Position numbers and translations under genes: made by a program
Notes under the pieces: model-generated
Databases searched by the model: none
Told to the model about the DNA's origin: nothing
What the model saw: the letters and a program-made list of their open reading frames with translations, nothing else
In this document: piece after piece, positions 12,750 through 26,324 of the stretch
Position numbering within the stretch: position 1 is the stretch's first letter
How the letters are laid out: the number at the start of each line of letters is the position of its first letter
Assembly: GCA_028023455.1 (NCBI GenBank)
Contig: JAQFVV010000003.1
Location: 22,134,001-22,198,000, forward strand
DNA length: 64,000 nucleotides
Source: Epiperipatus broadwayi
Taxonomy: Eukaryota > Animalia > Onychophora
Direction of reading: 5' to 3'

Positions 12750-15700
12750 ATAGTAAATATAACCAAAAGCATTCCTGACATCAGCTCAACACTCCCACAA
12801 ACTATCAATCATAAAAAAAAAATATCCGAAAATTTACCAGTTATCAGATAAACAAGAAATTTAAATACTTGAGTTTTCTCACCAGAAACAATAGCCTGTC
12901 TATTTAAATGCAGTAGTTACAATATTTGTGTTAAAGTTTTTGGTTATATTATCAATATATAATTTATAGTAAATGTATGAAATATGAAAAATAACTTATC
13001 ACTAATGAAGAATGTATATAACAAAACTTTGGATAAAGGAAAATAAAAATAATCCATTCAAAAGAATAAAACAACACTAATAGGAGCATGAAAAGAATGA
13101 AATATATTGTTGAATATAATCCACAAAACAGATTGTTAAAGAATGATTATTTAGAAATAATTGCTGTGAATAAGTTTATATTTTCAGCATTACAAATTTA
13201 ACAGCAGTAATAATATATTGGCAGACTTATTAAAATTACTAGAAATTATTACCTATGATAATAAGTGCTTACTAATATGCCTATTTTCTTCTCTGTTAAG
13301 CAGCTTGGCTAAACTAGTAAATACAAAGATCATTGAGAGAATGTATTCTTTGGCCAAATGCTTAATCTGAATGAAAAAATCTCAAAGAAGAAAAAATTAC
13401 ACTCAGGCAGGTATCGTTAAGGAACAACTGTAGTGCTACCTGCTATCAGTTAACCTTATTTTTCTGTTCTTTATCTGAAACATTCCTAACTGTGAAATCA
13501 TTTTTCAAAAATAATTACATAAAGGTTAAATTTAAGACAACTATTAAAGATGAAGGTAAATATAGGATCAGTGCTCATAAGAGATGATCTCTTCCAACAA
13601 TAGAGGAAAGTTACATCATACTACAATTCTATTCTTTTTTTCAGTTATCATATCATCTGTCTAACCCATGGCGAGATACCCATTTATCAACCACTATTGG
13701 ATATTTGGCTAAATTGGTTATAATCTGTTTACTTGACACAAAAACTATAAACTTCAGACCCAGAAAAATTGTCAAGATTCATTGCAGTTGCACTCAAGTG
13801 CCAGATTATGACCATTGTAGTTGTGCTAGCTACTACACCTAAGGCTGTATGGCTTAATGAATAATGCATTTTAATAAGTGAAAGACGAATATAATTATGA
13901 TAATTCTAATCAATTTATCATAATTGTAAAATTTGTACTTTCTAGAATTAAAAAATCTATATAAATCACTACAAAGAAAAACATCTTGATTATATACTTT
14001 CACTTCAACATATGCACTTAAAACATATAAATAAAAATAATAAATGACTCCAAAATACACTTCATTTTGAACCAGCACTCTTAAATTATCACAGATCACA
14101 ATCTCTTATATGCCTTCATCAGTTATTCAATATTTATCAATACAAAAATATATTTTGATTTACAAGTTTAATGAAATATTTAAATTAGTCTACAATTTTT
14201 TTTGAATCAGTGAAAAAAAGAAAATAATTTAGACATATTTCTGGTTTTCAAATCGATATATATTTTAATAAAATTAGAAACACAATGTAAAAATATTTAA
14301 ATTATTTGCCTTTTTTTTTTTTTACAGATTGAAGATGATTGATTAAAAACAACTGAGTGTATACTTTATCAATAAAGCATGTATTATGTTTTTTATTATT
14401 TTTTGAATTGAAAAGAATAATATAAGAGTGAGCAAACGTTTTTTTACTATAGACAACATGGATTTCTAAAATATCACTAGTAGGCTTCAGGTAAAACAAT
14501 ATTTTTGCTTTGCATTACAAGAGATATTCACAGTAAAATATTGTGATCATGCTGATAATCAACTTTATATGTTCAATGAATTTTCAAAAAAATAAAACTC
14601 TTGAAATCTTATTTCCTGCAATTTTTAGAATGCTGTCTGGTATTGTATTGTGCCAGTCGAATGTGTATGCTGGTTTAACCCAGTTCGAAGACTAGGTGAA
14701 AGTACCTCGAGACCATTCATATGCAAGATATAAAAATCAAGAATACTATGGCCTCTACCCTATTTGTCTATTTCTGAGTCTAGCCATGAACCAACAACAT
14801 ATCAGACACGGATAAATGATTTTCTAACCTGGCCCAAGCTTAGCATCAGGGGAGAGACAATCGACTAGAACTAAAGTAACTAAAACAAGTGTGATGTGCC
14901 AATAAATATATAATATGAGTGAAATGCTTGTGCTATGCTTGGATCATCGGACAATTAACCTAACAGATTAAGCAAATGAAAGGTTGAAAGAAAAATTATA
15001 AGACTAATGCTTTACTTTGAATGACATACTTAAATGATATAATAAAATATTAAGGTTTTAAATATCTCCGCTATTCCCCAAGTAACACCTAATAAATAAT
15101 TTTAAAAATGAGGCGATTTAAATTACATATGATTCTGCAGCATGGGTATTGCTTTTCCAATTTAATTCAGTTTAACAACTCATATCCCTTCGATAAAGCA
15201 AAGTCGAAATAAATATTTCACAAAGCATATCATTGCTTTGTGCTATGTGAATAATTTAAAATATTAAAAGATTTCCTTTAATAACTAATGTTTAACTTTA
15301 AGAATAACTAAGAACAAATATACGTGTTATCGAGGAGGTCGAATTGGTGAAACAAAAGGAAACTTAAACTAGTATTAAATTATAAATAGTCATTTTAAAT
15401 TGGAAATAATTTCAAATAAAAAAAATACATTTACACCGCATAAGGAAAATAAAATATATATGTCATACTGATTTGACTTTATAGAATGAGGAATAGCGAA
15501 GAAGGAAATTTAATTATAAAGAGATGATCGATTTAAAATATAAATATAATATTAAGATTGAAAGATATACATAATGAAAGATAATAAATTAAATGAGAAC
15601 ATTTAAAAAAAGATATAAAGTTAAAATAAGGAAAGTAAAAGTTCATGAGGAGATGATGAAAAGTTATCAGTCCATGTTTTAGTTTGACCATTTCCCTCGA

Positions 15701-16441
15701 CGTCCTGGTTTGATTGATGTTCGTAGAATTATTTGTCTGGACAAAGATATTAGGATCGGAAGCATTTTGACACATAGGGCGCACATACAGTTCATAGTTC
15801 GGTTTCACTATGTACTCGACATTCTTACAGAATTTTGATGGATCAGGACTCTGACGGCAGATAAAGCTGATGGGCTTAGCCGCCGTACATGGTCACATTC
15901 ACCAGGTTAATATAAATTTTGAAGTGTCGCATTTTTAAATCAAAAAAAGAATTCTCCGCAAGAATTTCTGCAAGAACTAGGACACAATGGGTTTCAGCAA
16001 TAACTTTCAGCACAACCTCGGAGAGTCATAAGACGTGGTCGCCGTAGCAGAAGTAAGTAGTAGAACTCTATCAAATAAGCCAACGAACAGCTGCTAATAC
16101 CAATCTCAAAATGATTTCAGTAACAATTTCAGAAATAATCTCTGAATAATAATTTCAGAATAAAGATCATCAGAAGAATTTCCGAAAAAAAATCTAGACG
16201 AATTTCAGAATAAGGATCTAGTCCTTTGTTCTCCCCACCTTTTATACCTTTCTAGCGATACTTTTCTATTGTTTTTCGTATGATTCTACATCTTGATAAG
16301 CCCCCATGCTCTTTTGTTTCAAAGTAACTTTTTGGCTAAAAATAAACTTTTAAGTTATTATTATCAAATTTTGCTTTAATTTCGTAATTTGATTTATTAA
16401 AAAAAGGCCATCTTTAATTTGCCCTGAATGAAACACTAATT

Positions 16442-16875
16442 CAGGGGTCCCCAACCTTTTTGCACTTAAGAGCACATTCCATAATACCGGCCAGGTGGCG
16501 GTCACCATTTATTTTTTTATCTGGACATAATTGCTGAGATATTCTTGACTTCGTTTACGGAGAAGCCACAGTTCATCACATCACATGTAAATTTATAGTT
16601 GGATATTGTTAATAATACACATAATGTACAAAAAATTATTTATTTCAAAAATTAAATTTTAACATATAATTGACGTCTATATTTTTACGCTGTAAAAGTA
16701 TAGTATGCCCTACAATTTGATTACAATATAATACAATAATTCATAAAAAAAATTCAAAAATTAAATTTATTTGTATCAAATAAATAATTTTTTATTGTGT
16801 TCGGATAGCGGCGGGCACACATAAAATGGTCTGCGGGCGCCATGGTGCCCGCGGGCATAGGGTTGGGGACCCCTG
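16442..16875. mobile_element. hAT (Charlie/Buster-like) MITE
   Basis: TIRs CAGGGGTCCCCAAC / GTTGGGGACCCCTG; perfect 8-bp TSD CACTAATT (16434-16441, 16876-16883). Confidence 0.95.
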
Positions 16876-17249
16876 CACTAATTGATAAAGCAGTTATTTT
16901 AGGAATGTTGGCAAGCTTATCTTAAAATAAAATCATACAACATATATTTTTAAACAAATTAAAAAATATATATATTATTATTTCTTTTAACAAAATTAAG
17001 TTTTAGTTTCAACAGACTTTGGCATTTAATCATATATATATGCTTGCCATACATATATGTTTCTTTAATAAATTTTGAAAAGCAAATTTTTATGAACGAT
17101 TTAATTTTTGATCAAATTTGCTTTAAATGAATATTTTAAACTAAATAGTTAATTTCATGATCGTTGAATATACAAAATGAAACACTTTAATTTTCTATTT
17201 AATGCAAAACTTTGTTGATACTTGAATATAAACTTAACCCAGGTTTACA

Positions 17250-17780
17250 ATACTGGTGAGTTTATAGCAGGCTGTGAAGCATGGATCTGACTTCCGGATC
17301 CATTGCTTCAGTATATATGTATATGTATTTGTATGTGACTGAATTTTGTTTCCGTGATAACTTGAGAATGAAGCAAAATTTTGCAATGATATTTTGGCAC
17401 CACAATTTCAAAATATATTGAATACTTGCAAGAGTAGCTAACTCATTAGGCATGCCATTTTGTGAAAATTGGCAAAAGTTATGTAGAATTAGAAACCTAA
17501 AGTTTTATTTGAAACATCTTTCAATAGAATGTAATGCTTTTGAGATATACTGAAGATTATTATAACAAATATTTTCATGATACATCATTCAATGTATATT
17601 TCTAAAAAATATTATTGGATAAAATATGCTCAGAATAAAATTTTAAATCTCTTTTATTTGAAAGTTTTTCTTGTGGAAATCATTACTTTTAAGATAAATG
17701 AGGTTATATGCCCAAACTGTGGACAGGCAGCTACTCTTTACCATTGTTATTACTACTAAACCTGTTGCTTCCAATAGATT
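17250..17780 (-). mobile_element. Possible decayed hAT transposase C-terminal fragment
   Basis: Fragmentary similarity to the FQxELxxLQ and FGSTYxCE motifs across frameshifts; weak. Confidence 0.35.
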
Positions 17781-17785
17781 ATATT

Positions 17786-18984
17786 CAGTGCTTGTCTTAT
17801 AGCTAAAGATGCCATTGGATGGTGCCGTTTTCACGCTAAAACTATAAAATATGAACATTCACGGGCGTTGATTTTAATAATTTCTCTGTGCTTTTTTGTA
17901 ATGCGAAAATAAAAACAAAACAAAATTGTCTTTTTTAAATATTATTTTTTTTAACGTATACAATTTAAATGATAATAATAAATGTAAAATAAAATCAACA
18001 AATTACAATTTGATTCATGTGTTTTATATCGTATACTTTTTAAATTGTGTTACAGCTTTTTTTTATCAATTTTCTATCGGATATTTTTTTACTTGTGTTA
18101 TGGCTTTTTTTTTATCAATTTTCTAGCGGATATTTTTTTACTTGTGTTACGACTTTTTTTGTTGTTGTTTAACTAAAAAATAATAATTGTAATAAAAGTA
18201 AAAGTTGTTATGGTTAGATTTAGGATTAGTTTAGGGTTAGTTTTAGGGTTAGGGTTAGTTTTAGGGTTAGTGTTCTGTTGTTTGTAATGCTAAAATAAAA
18301 AAATTCAAAATCGTAACCGTACTCGGACAAAAGAAAAAAAAATCAAACTTTTTTAAACAACAACAAACACGTAGAAATGTCTTCTTTATTTATTAAACAT
18401 GTTTATAATATTTGCTTTTTATGAAATTTAAAAAAAAAACCTGTATATTTGGACTTTTCTTACTGGATATTTTTTTCGTACTGCTCTTTTTTACTTCAAA
18501 AATATACAGACGGTAGAATCTTCTTTGTCTCGTGGAATGTTACTAACAGTACGTTATTTGACACGTTACCTAATTGCAACTCAATAAAAACATAGATATT
18601 TAACATTTTCCCAAATAAAAGTTCAATACAATATGTTGTAAAAATTCTTATAATTATTGCTTTAAAAAATCTGAACATTTCAATAGTTTAAATTTAAAAA
18701 AATCCAATGAAAACAGCATTTCAATACAATTCAAATACAAACTCTCTCATCAAGCCATAATTATTTTATAAATTGTGCGATATTCGGAAAATGTATTTAC
18801 TGCTATGCGACATACATGCTGTACTGTGATGCGACATAGCGGCTTGCATTCTGTAGCACAACAAAAAAGTTGTATTAGAGAAAATGCGGGTTCGAACGTG
18901 TCGGCCGCGGAAACAGCATTTTTATGTGTTTTGGCGCAAAAACCGCGCCATAGAGCGGCATCTTTAGCTAAAAGATGAATACCC
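17786..18984. mobile_element. Non-autonomous TIR element with internal TTAGGG-like tract (copy 1)
   Basis: Imperfect ~55-bp TIRs (GTGCTTGTCTTATAGCTAAAGATGCC... / ...GGCATCTTTAGCTAAAAGATGAATACCC); TTAGGG/TTAGTT tract at ~18213-18271; direct copy at 19442-20540. Confidence 0.75.
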
Positions 18985-19229
18985 ATATTTTAAATAATAG
19001 TGGAAACTTAAGGAAAGCATACTCCAGATTTGTTTTGGAGGGCCATTAATTAGTATACAATATCTGAATTTAATTAATAAATAATCATTATTTCCCACAT
19101 AAAAATATATTTATTTATTAATCTTATAAAAAATGTTTACATATATATATAATCAATAAAGCAAGTCATATATCATGTGATTTTGCTTTTTAAGCTTGTA
19201 TTACAAATATATATTATAGGAAGCACACC

Positions 19230-19365
19230 AATAGATTTTATTAATAAGTGCCGAAGAGTTGGTACTTTATATCTAGTGTCCAAATGTTCTATCTCCTCAC
19301 TGAGGTGAGCCATAAGCTCAAAACTGATTGATGTGGGGATGGGAATATTCTAGAGATTTTAAATG
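19230..19365 (+). mobile_element. Family C hammerhead-repeat relic
   Basis: Aligns with the reverse complement of 46195-46340 over >120 bp; motif TCCTCA CTGAGGT GAGC CATAA GCTC AAAAC TGATTGATG TGGGGA at 19294-19339. Confidence 0.6.
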
Positions 19366-19441
19366 CTTTCTCTTTGACACTTATCGATAAAAACTTGTTA
19401 GAGCTATTGATACGCTTCCTATATTATATATACATAAATTA

Positions 19442-20540
19442 CGGTGCTTGTCTTATAGATAAAGATTCCGTTGGATGGCGCCATTTTCACGCTAAAACTA
19501 TCAAATATGACCATTCTCGGGCCGTTGATTATAATAATTTTGCTGTGCTTTTTTGTAATGCGAAAATAAAAACAAAACAAAATCATCTTTTTTAAATATT
19601 ATTTTTTATTAACGTATACAATTTAAATGATAATAATAAATGTAAAATAAAATCAACAAATTACAATTTAATTTGTGTTTTTTATATTGTATACTTTTTA
19701 AATTGTGTTACGGCTTTTTTTTTATCAATTTTCTATTGGATATTTTTTTACTTGTGTTACGACTTTTTTTGTTGTTGTTTAACTAAAAAATAATAATCGT
19801 AATAAAAGTAAAAGTTGTTACGGTTAGATTTAGGGTTAGTTTTAGGGTTAGGGTTAGTTTTAGGGTTAGTGTTCTGTTGTTTGTAATGCTAAAATAAAAA
19901 AATTCAAAATCATAACCGTACTCGGACAAAATAAAGAAACTCAAACTTTTTTAAACAACAACAACCACATACAAATGTCTTCTTTATTTATTAAACATGT
20001 TTATATTATTTGCTTTTTATGAAATTTACTAAAAAAAACTGTATATTTGGACTTTTCTTACTGGATATTTTTTTTCGTACTGCTCTTTTTTACTTCAAAA
20101 ATATACAGACGGTAGAATCTTCTTTGTCTCGCAGAATGTTACGAACAATAAGTTACTTGACATGTTACCTAACTGCAACTCAATAAAAACATAGATATTT
20201 AACATTTTCCCAAATAAAAGTTCAATACAATACGTTGTAAAAAGTCTTAGAATTATTGCTTTAAAAAATCTGAACATTTCAATATTTTAAAATAAAAAAA
20301 ATCCAATGAAAACAACATTTCAATACAATTCAAATACAAACTCTCTCATCAAGCCGTAATTATTTTATAAATTGTGCGAATTCGGAAAATGTATTTGCTG
20401 CTATGTAACATACATGCTGTACTGTGACACGACATAGTGGCCTGCATTCTGTAGCACAACAAAAAAGTTGTATTATAGAAATCGCGGGTTGAAACATGTC
20501 GGCCGCGGAAACAGCATTTTTCTCTCATTGGCTAAAAGAT
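19442..20540. mobile_element. Non-autonomous TIR element with TTAGGG-like tract (copy 2, right end damaged)
   Basis: Colinear with 17786-18984; TTAGGG tract at ~19822-19871. Confidence 0.75.
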
Positions 20541-20559
20541 CAGTTAAGGAAATTAAACA

Positions 20560-21900
20560 TTGATAATATGAATGTAACATTAATAAGATTTATGACATTG
20601 TCCCAAATTATGGACAAGTTCATTATAATTAGTTACAAGCTTGTTTATAATTTGGAATAGATTGAAGATTATAATTGGTTAACATTTATCAACGTTTTGA
20701 TATATTTTTCATGCAAAAAAAAAAACAATTTGCCAAACATTTGTTCATTAAATGATGCACTATTTGTTTGCAAATCTATCAATTCAAATTGAAATGCATT
20801 CACTGCCATTTCAGTATTGATTACAAATGAGTAGCATAACCAACTGAACTGCTCTTCCAAAGATTTGAATTTGCACTGAAAATTTTTCTTTTAAAGTTAA
20901 TATATGTTATCTGTATTTTTTTTATTTTTTTTTGACTAGATATTTTTTACATTCTACATTTCCAATATGTGAAAATGTATCAAGTTTTGTTGTTTGGATA
21001 TAGCAAGAGTTTCATTTCAAAAGATTTTATCTCAATGAACAATTTGTGTGCAAAAACCTTATTCTTGCAATTTTATAATAAATTCATTTAGTTTGTCAAA
21101 AATATCACTTGTGAATGCTAAATCACATACCCATTCCTTATTTTCCATATTACCTAAAAATTTGCACTCAATATCCATTTTGAATAAGAACAAAATTCCA
21201 TCCCTCAGATTCCACAGTCTTTTCAATGCATTCCCAAAACTTAACCAATACATGTTGTGATCCAGTGCATCTGAATAACCAAAATGCATACCCTCCAGCA
21301 AACTTTTGAACAATCTATTACTTAATGCTGACTTGCTTCTGATTAAATTTATAGCATGCATCTATCATATAATCACAGTGCAAGACATTTATATAAATTT
21401 TCCATATGGATAATAAAATGCAGTGATAATACGGTATGGTAGGGATATTTAGTCATTTTACCATTCAGTAGATTATTTAAACCAACTTTTTTTTTCAGTT
21501 AATAAATATATTCCCCTAGTTGTAATGTTTATCAACTTACTTCAGAGCACACTGGATCTATTCAAGCAGTTCTTAAGATACTTATCATTTGCAGTGCCCT
21601 TCATTAATTTAATTGAAAGCAATTTTTCGGTAATTTCAAAATTATGATCCTTTCTTCTGACAAATTCAAGCAAATTTGTGATGTCTTGTAAGTACCAATG
21701 TGTGTTGCTCATGTAGCATATTCTTTGAAAACAATTATACTACCATGGCATATAAGGCCACTGCTTTATTATCAACATTTTCAAAAAATACTTGTGTTCA
21801 CATCTTATTAAAAACATGGTAATACTCACTGTTGGTGTACTAAAATTATAAAAATACACTGGATGACTTACTATGCACAGATTAGTCATCATATGATGGT
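20560..21900 (-). mobile_element. Decayed hAT transposase (GTF2IRD2/SPIN/Buster-like)
   Basis: ORF 21059-21361 NLIRSKSALSNRLFKSLL...WLSFGNALKRLWNLR...WVCDLAFTSDIFDKLNEFIIKLQ; ORF 20669-20860 FQFELIDLQ; NFEITEKLL / MKGT near 21600-21650. Confidence 0.85.
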
Positions 21901-22031
21901 GTATAATTAGTATATTAATGCAGAATTTCGTAGAAGGGGAGTTTCAAGAAATGGAGAACTTGATTTACGGAGATGGGGGTGAGATTCCTTAATGCGTGCA
22001 TAATTCCTGGCTCACAAACAGTTGTATATAA

Positions 22032-22253
22032 TGTAATGGTCAGAATTCGTATATTTCGTTAACCAGTTGTATCTTCCCTCCACTACAGTCAAAGAGCAGC
22101 ACTACAGCTGAGTTTAGGGACTGCAATTCTGAGTTCAAATCTAATAGACTGACTACACAACAAAGAGATAACGTACTTGCCACCACCTTAGCAAACATCT
22201 TTTAGACCACGGGGATCAGGGAGATGCAAGAGACTCTAATTAATTCTATTACA
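22032..22253. mobile_element. Solo-LTR-like element
   Basis: Termini TGTAATGG...CTATTACA; the first ~25 bp resemble the reverse complement of the 42526 end; no clean TSD or PBS seen. Confidence 0.45.
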
Positions 22254-24855
22254 ACTAATATTATTACTAATCTAATGAATGACCTAGTTATATTTAATTT
22301 ATTTTCACACAAGACACTATGGCTATAGGGCATTAAGGAAATAGACGTGAAGACGTAGATATAATTAAAACTAGATTTAATATTAATATAAATTTATTTA
22401 CAAGCTTGGAGTTTGATCTTAGTCAATACTTCTAATATAGCATGAGTTTACATTATTAAAGTATTAATCATTCGACCTGTCTCTTTGGGTATTAAATGGT
22501 AGCAAACCATATTTCATGCCCCAGACTAAGTACATTAGCTATCGTGTAAGGTAAACATTGAACGAGATATACGGCTGCAAATTTACTCATCCCAACAATA
22601 GATTATATATAAAGTTTTAGTTACATGATTAATTCTAAAGAGGGCCTGTTACCAGAGGGCAAATAATGTGGGAGGCTTGGGAAGTGAAATCATAAGCAGA
22701 GAATAAAATAATTAACTGGACGAGAGGTGGTATTGATAGATGCCACAGAATAATAACGGAGCGAACTTTGAAATGCAAGCCAGGAGGGAAATATAAACTT
22801 GTGGGCGGGCTTCCTGCTGGGGACCCTACGAGACTGGTACATAATCGCAAGTCCAAATGCACGGGACTTCTGCCACTGTTAGTACCCGACTGCATGACAG
22901 ACTCAGCTTTCTATGGGAGCACTATGAACTGTGCCTTTCCGTATGAAGCGGAACAATACCTTAAACATAGGTATTCGGTGATTCTCCTGGCTTTAAACAA
23001 GAGAAAACTTTGGCATCGCTCAATAATAACATCTATCATTTGATAATAGAACATGATTTATATATTTAATTGCTAATAAATGATGACACACTCCCGAGGC
23101 CCACATTTATGAGTGATTAACTTACAAGCCCTCAAATAACAAGAGATTAGTTTGATTACAAAGTTAAATTCAATGGATACCAATCGATACTAATAATAAT
23201 AGGGTGAAGATTATAATTCTATCATATTTCTATTGTTAAGTTAAGATATCTGCCATGCATCTCTGAAGCTAAGATAATTCATTTAAAATATAAGACGATA
23301 CTAGAAAGAATATTAATATAAAATGATATGCATCCGATAAATAATTTATAAAATATAAAGATAGATAATTCCTGAGCTAGCCGCTTTACCAATGTAAGAT
23401 GAGTTTACTCTAAATATATTATCAAATGACTTCGCGCATTTTGGCAAAGGCTAACATTTAATAAAGTTAAGAGGCTAGGCTGGAAATTATTGAGGCATGA
23501 AATTAATTATGTCAATAAATAAATATTAATAGAACTGGATACCCAAATAAAAGGAAAGATCGTATAGTAATTAAACATTTAAAAAGATTACAGATTTTAA
23601 GAAGTTTAGTGGTTTTAAATAGGATTTACATGAATAGAAATTATGAATAAAATATTACAAATTAGAGATACGAGTTCTAGTTTTGAATAAAAGAGTATGA
23701 AAGTTCTTAGAGATTTTGGATACTGATTACCTTTGATTTAAGCAGAACATGCACATTTCTGAGTGATCCTCTCTTTCATGAAGTATGGCGCAGTAGTTTT
23801 TTCTTAACAGTTCATTTAGTGGTCATGATTATAAGCAGCAGTTGATTAGGCAGCAGCATACGGATTACAGCAGACAATTTCAGTTCATTTTAAAAGCAAG
23901 TAAAGAATCCAGTGCATCTCCCCTTCTCAGAGGAGAATAGCTCATGCCTACTACTCGGACATCGCAATGTTATATGTAAATAGCATACTTTAACGAAAAG
24001 CAGACGGCAGATCTGAGATTAGACGTTAGATATTAGATTAGCCTCGATTTTACTTTGAACAAGACTTTATATACTTTTTGTCAACCTTGCTCTTTATCTT
24101 TCGGATCCATCTGACATGACATATTTGTTCGCCTTTCAGCTCCGCTCAAATATCTGCAGGTAAAATAATGCATTAAGAGCACATTCTATTTATCATTTCA
24201 ATCCGAATATTTTGCTTTATTTTATTGCATATTTCACCTATGACCTCATTATTATGCAGATGTTTTTTTAAAACTAATTAAAAAGCTTTCAGGAATATTT
24301 CTCAGTATTCTATTATCTCTCCCTACCTACTAAAACTTGCAATTTTACTTAGCAGGGGAATTTCTATTTTATTTTATTTTTTATACATTTAAATATTTAA
24401 AAAGGTTAAAAAAACAACTTTTAGATTTTATAAATTAAAATGTGATATAACTTTGACCTAAATAATAATTAATGCAAAATATTAAACATTCTAAATTTAA
24501 TAAATTATTTTCAATGTGTTAATATCTCATATTGGAGTGTGTGTGCATGAGCCATGTTTAACAAGCTTTTATATATATAACTAATACTATTATAAACACA
24601 GTCCAAAAATGAGGGTTTAAATTTAGGTGGGATGGAGAAGTGGGTGGAAGATGATAGAACAAATATGACTGAGTTGAAACTAAGATTCAAACTTGAATCT
24701 TACAGTTTCAATACCAACTAAGTAGATTTAGAGACTTGGCACATGCTTCCAAACATATATTACTTGTTTTTATAATATAACACAGTTTTCCACTATTGAT
24801 ATAAAACAATATTGATTTTAAAAACAATTCTAAAATAAGTCAACAAACACTTCTT

Positions 24856-25333
24856 CAGGGGTCTGCAAACTGTGGCTTGCAAGCTGCATGTGGGTTTTTT
24901 TAATGCCAAACTTATGGCTCTTTTGTCATGACAAACATAAATGCATTTTTTTTTTTATTTGTACAGTAATTTGTAAATATTTTCATGACTTTAGTAGAGA
25001 AAAAATGCAATTCTGTGATGCTTCTTGTATTTAGGCCAATTATAGAATAATAAAGTATAGTGCATTCTAAATAGTAGAAATTAATGAATAAATTAAACTA
25101 TTAAATTAATTTATATTTTTATTTAAGCCACTTTCAAGTTTCATTACTGTAAATGTAAACTGATATGTAAATTGATTCTATTAATACATAAATGTTTAAA
25201 TGGAACAACCACTCAGAAATCCATATTTTCATCAAACCATTTTTCATTTCTCTTGGGACTCTTTTCGTTTTTTTAAAAGGTCAAAATATTTAAATAAAAT
25301 GTCTTTCCATGTGAGAAAGATTGCTGACCCCTG
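24856..25333. mobile_element. hAT MITE (stack element 1)
   Basis: Termini CAGGGGTCTGCAA / TTGCTGACCCCTG; flanks do not form a TSD. Confidence 0.7.
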
Positions 25334-25341
25334 TGCTAGGT

Positions 25342-25804
25342 CAGTGATCTCCAAACTTTTTTGATCACATACCCCTAAGATAAAAATAATTATAAGTTGT
25401 ATCCCCTATAATATAAATGTGTGTGTAGTCAAAAATCAAATTATTTATTCATAATTATTATAATACACACCGCAATCTGTGCATCATTCATAAAATTCTC
25501 TCAATGATGCCACGTGACCTACCAGGCACTTGCACAATGGCGCACTGAGTGACTGTGATGTAAACAGTGTTGCCAGATAAGAAATTCATTTGCCCACAAG
25601 AAATCGATTCTGAATCTCACTAAAAACAGCTAAATTGAAATTCTTAATTTCATGATAAAAAGTTAATAAAAAATGCATTTTCCTGCTAAATAAAATAATG
25701 GTTACATTTTGAAATAAGGCAACATTTCATAATATATTGGCATATCTCCAAGTATCACTTTGCATACCCCAGGTGGTATGCATACCCCACTTTGGAGACC
25801 ATTG
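25342..25804. mobile_element. hAT MITE (stack element 2)
   Basis: Termini CAGTGATCTCCAAA / TTTGGAGACCATTG; 8-bp flanks TGCTAGGT and CTCTAGAT (5/8 match). Confidence 0.8.
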
Positions 25805-25812
25805 CTCTAGAT

Positions 25813-26324
25813 CAGTGGTGTTCAACCCTTGGTCTGCGGCCCGATGCCGGTCCGCAGAAGTTTTTTGCTGGTCCATACTTGACTGGCAGGAAAGTTTGTA
25901 ATAACAAAATAATAAGAATTTAAACTTTTAATTAATATAAACATTTTTTATTTATTTTTTCATCTCACTTTTACCCAATTAAAAAAAAAAGAAACAGAAG
26001 GAAAACAAAATCTAATCAATCATACATAAATTAATTTGTTTTTCTAGTTATCATAGATGTTTATGGGAGGGGGTAGAATTAAATTTTTTATTATTTTTCT
26101 AAAAAAATTCAAAATTTAAAAAAGTTTTTATTATACAAACTCCATATATATATAACTTCATCTTGTATAATTAACATTGTTGTTTTGGTCAGTTATAACA
26201 ATGTGCTCATCTAAGGCTAAACAGTTTACATCTTTAAGAAAATTTATCTATAGACTTCTGCAGATCCGCGAAACCTTATCCTTATTTTTGCCAGTCCGCA
26301 GGTGTGAAAAGTTGCAGACCACTG
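25813..26324. mobile_element. hAT MITE (stack element 3)
   Basis: Termini CAGTGGTGTTCAAC / GTTGCAGACCACTG; perfect TSD CTCTAGAT (25805-25812, 26325-26332). Confidence 0.9.

Noticed and set aside
13640-13860. Host exons (open frames on both strands with plausible splice sites)
   Set aside because: No recognisable protein similarity; AG/GT sites occur by chance in AT-rich DNA
14640-14965. Solo LTR
   Set aside because: GC-richer block with AATAAA, but no matching terminal inverted repeat, TSD or second copy
18213-19871. True telomere or chromosome fusion site
   Set aside because: Tracts are short, mixed with TTAGTT, and sit at the same internal position of two TE copies
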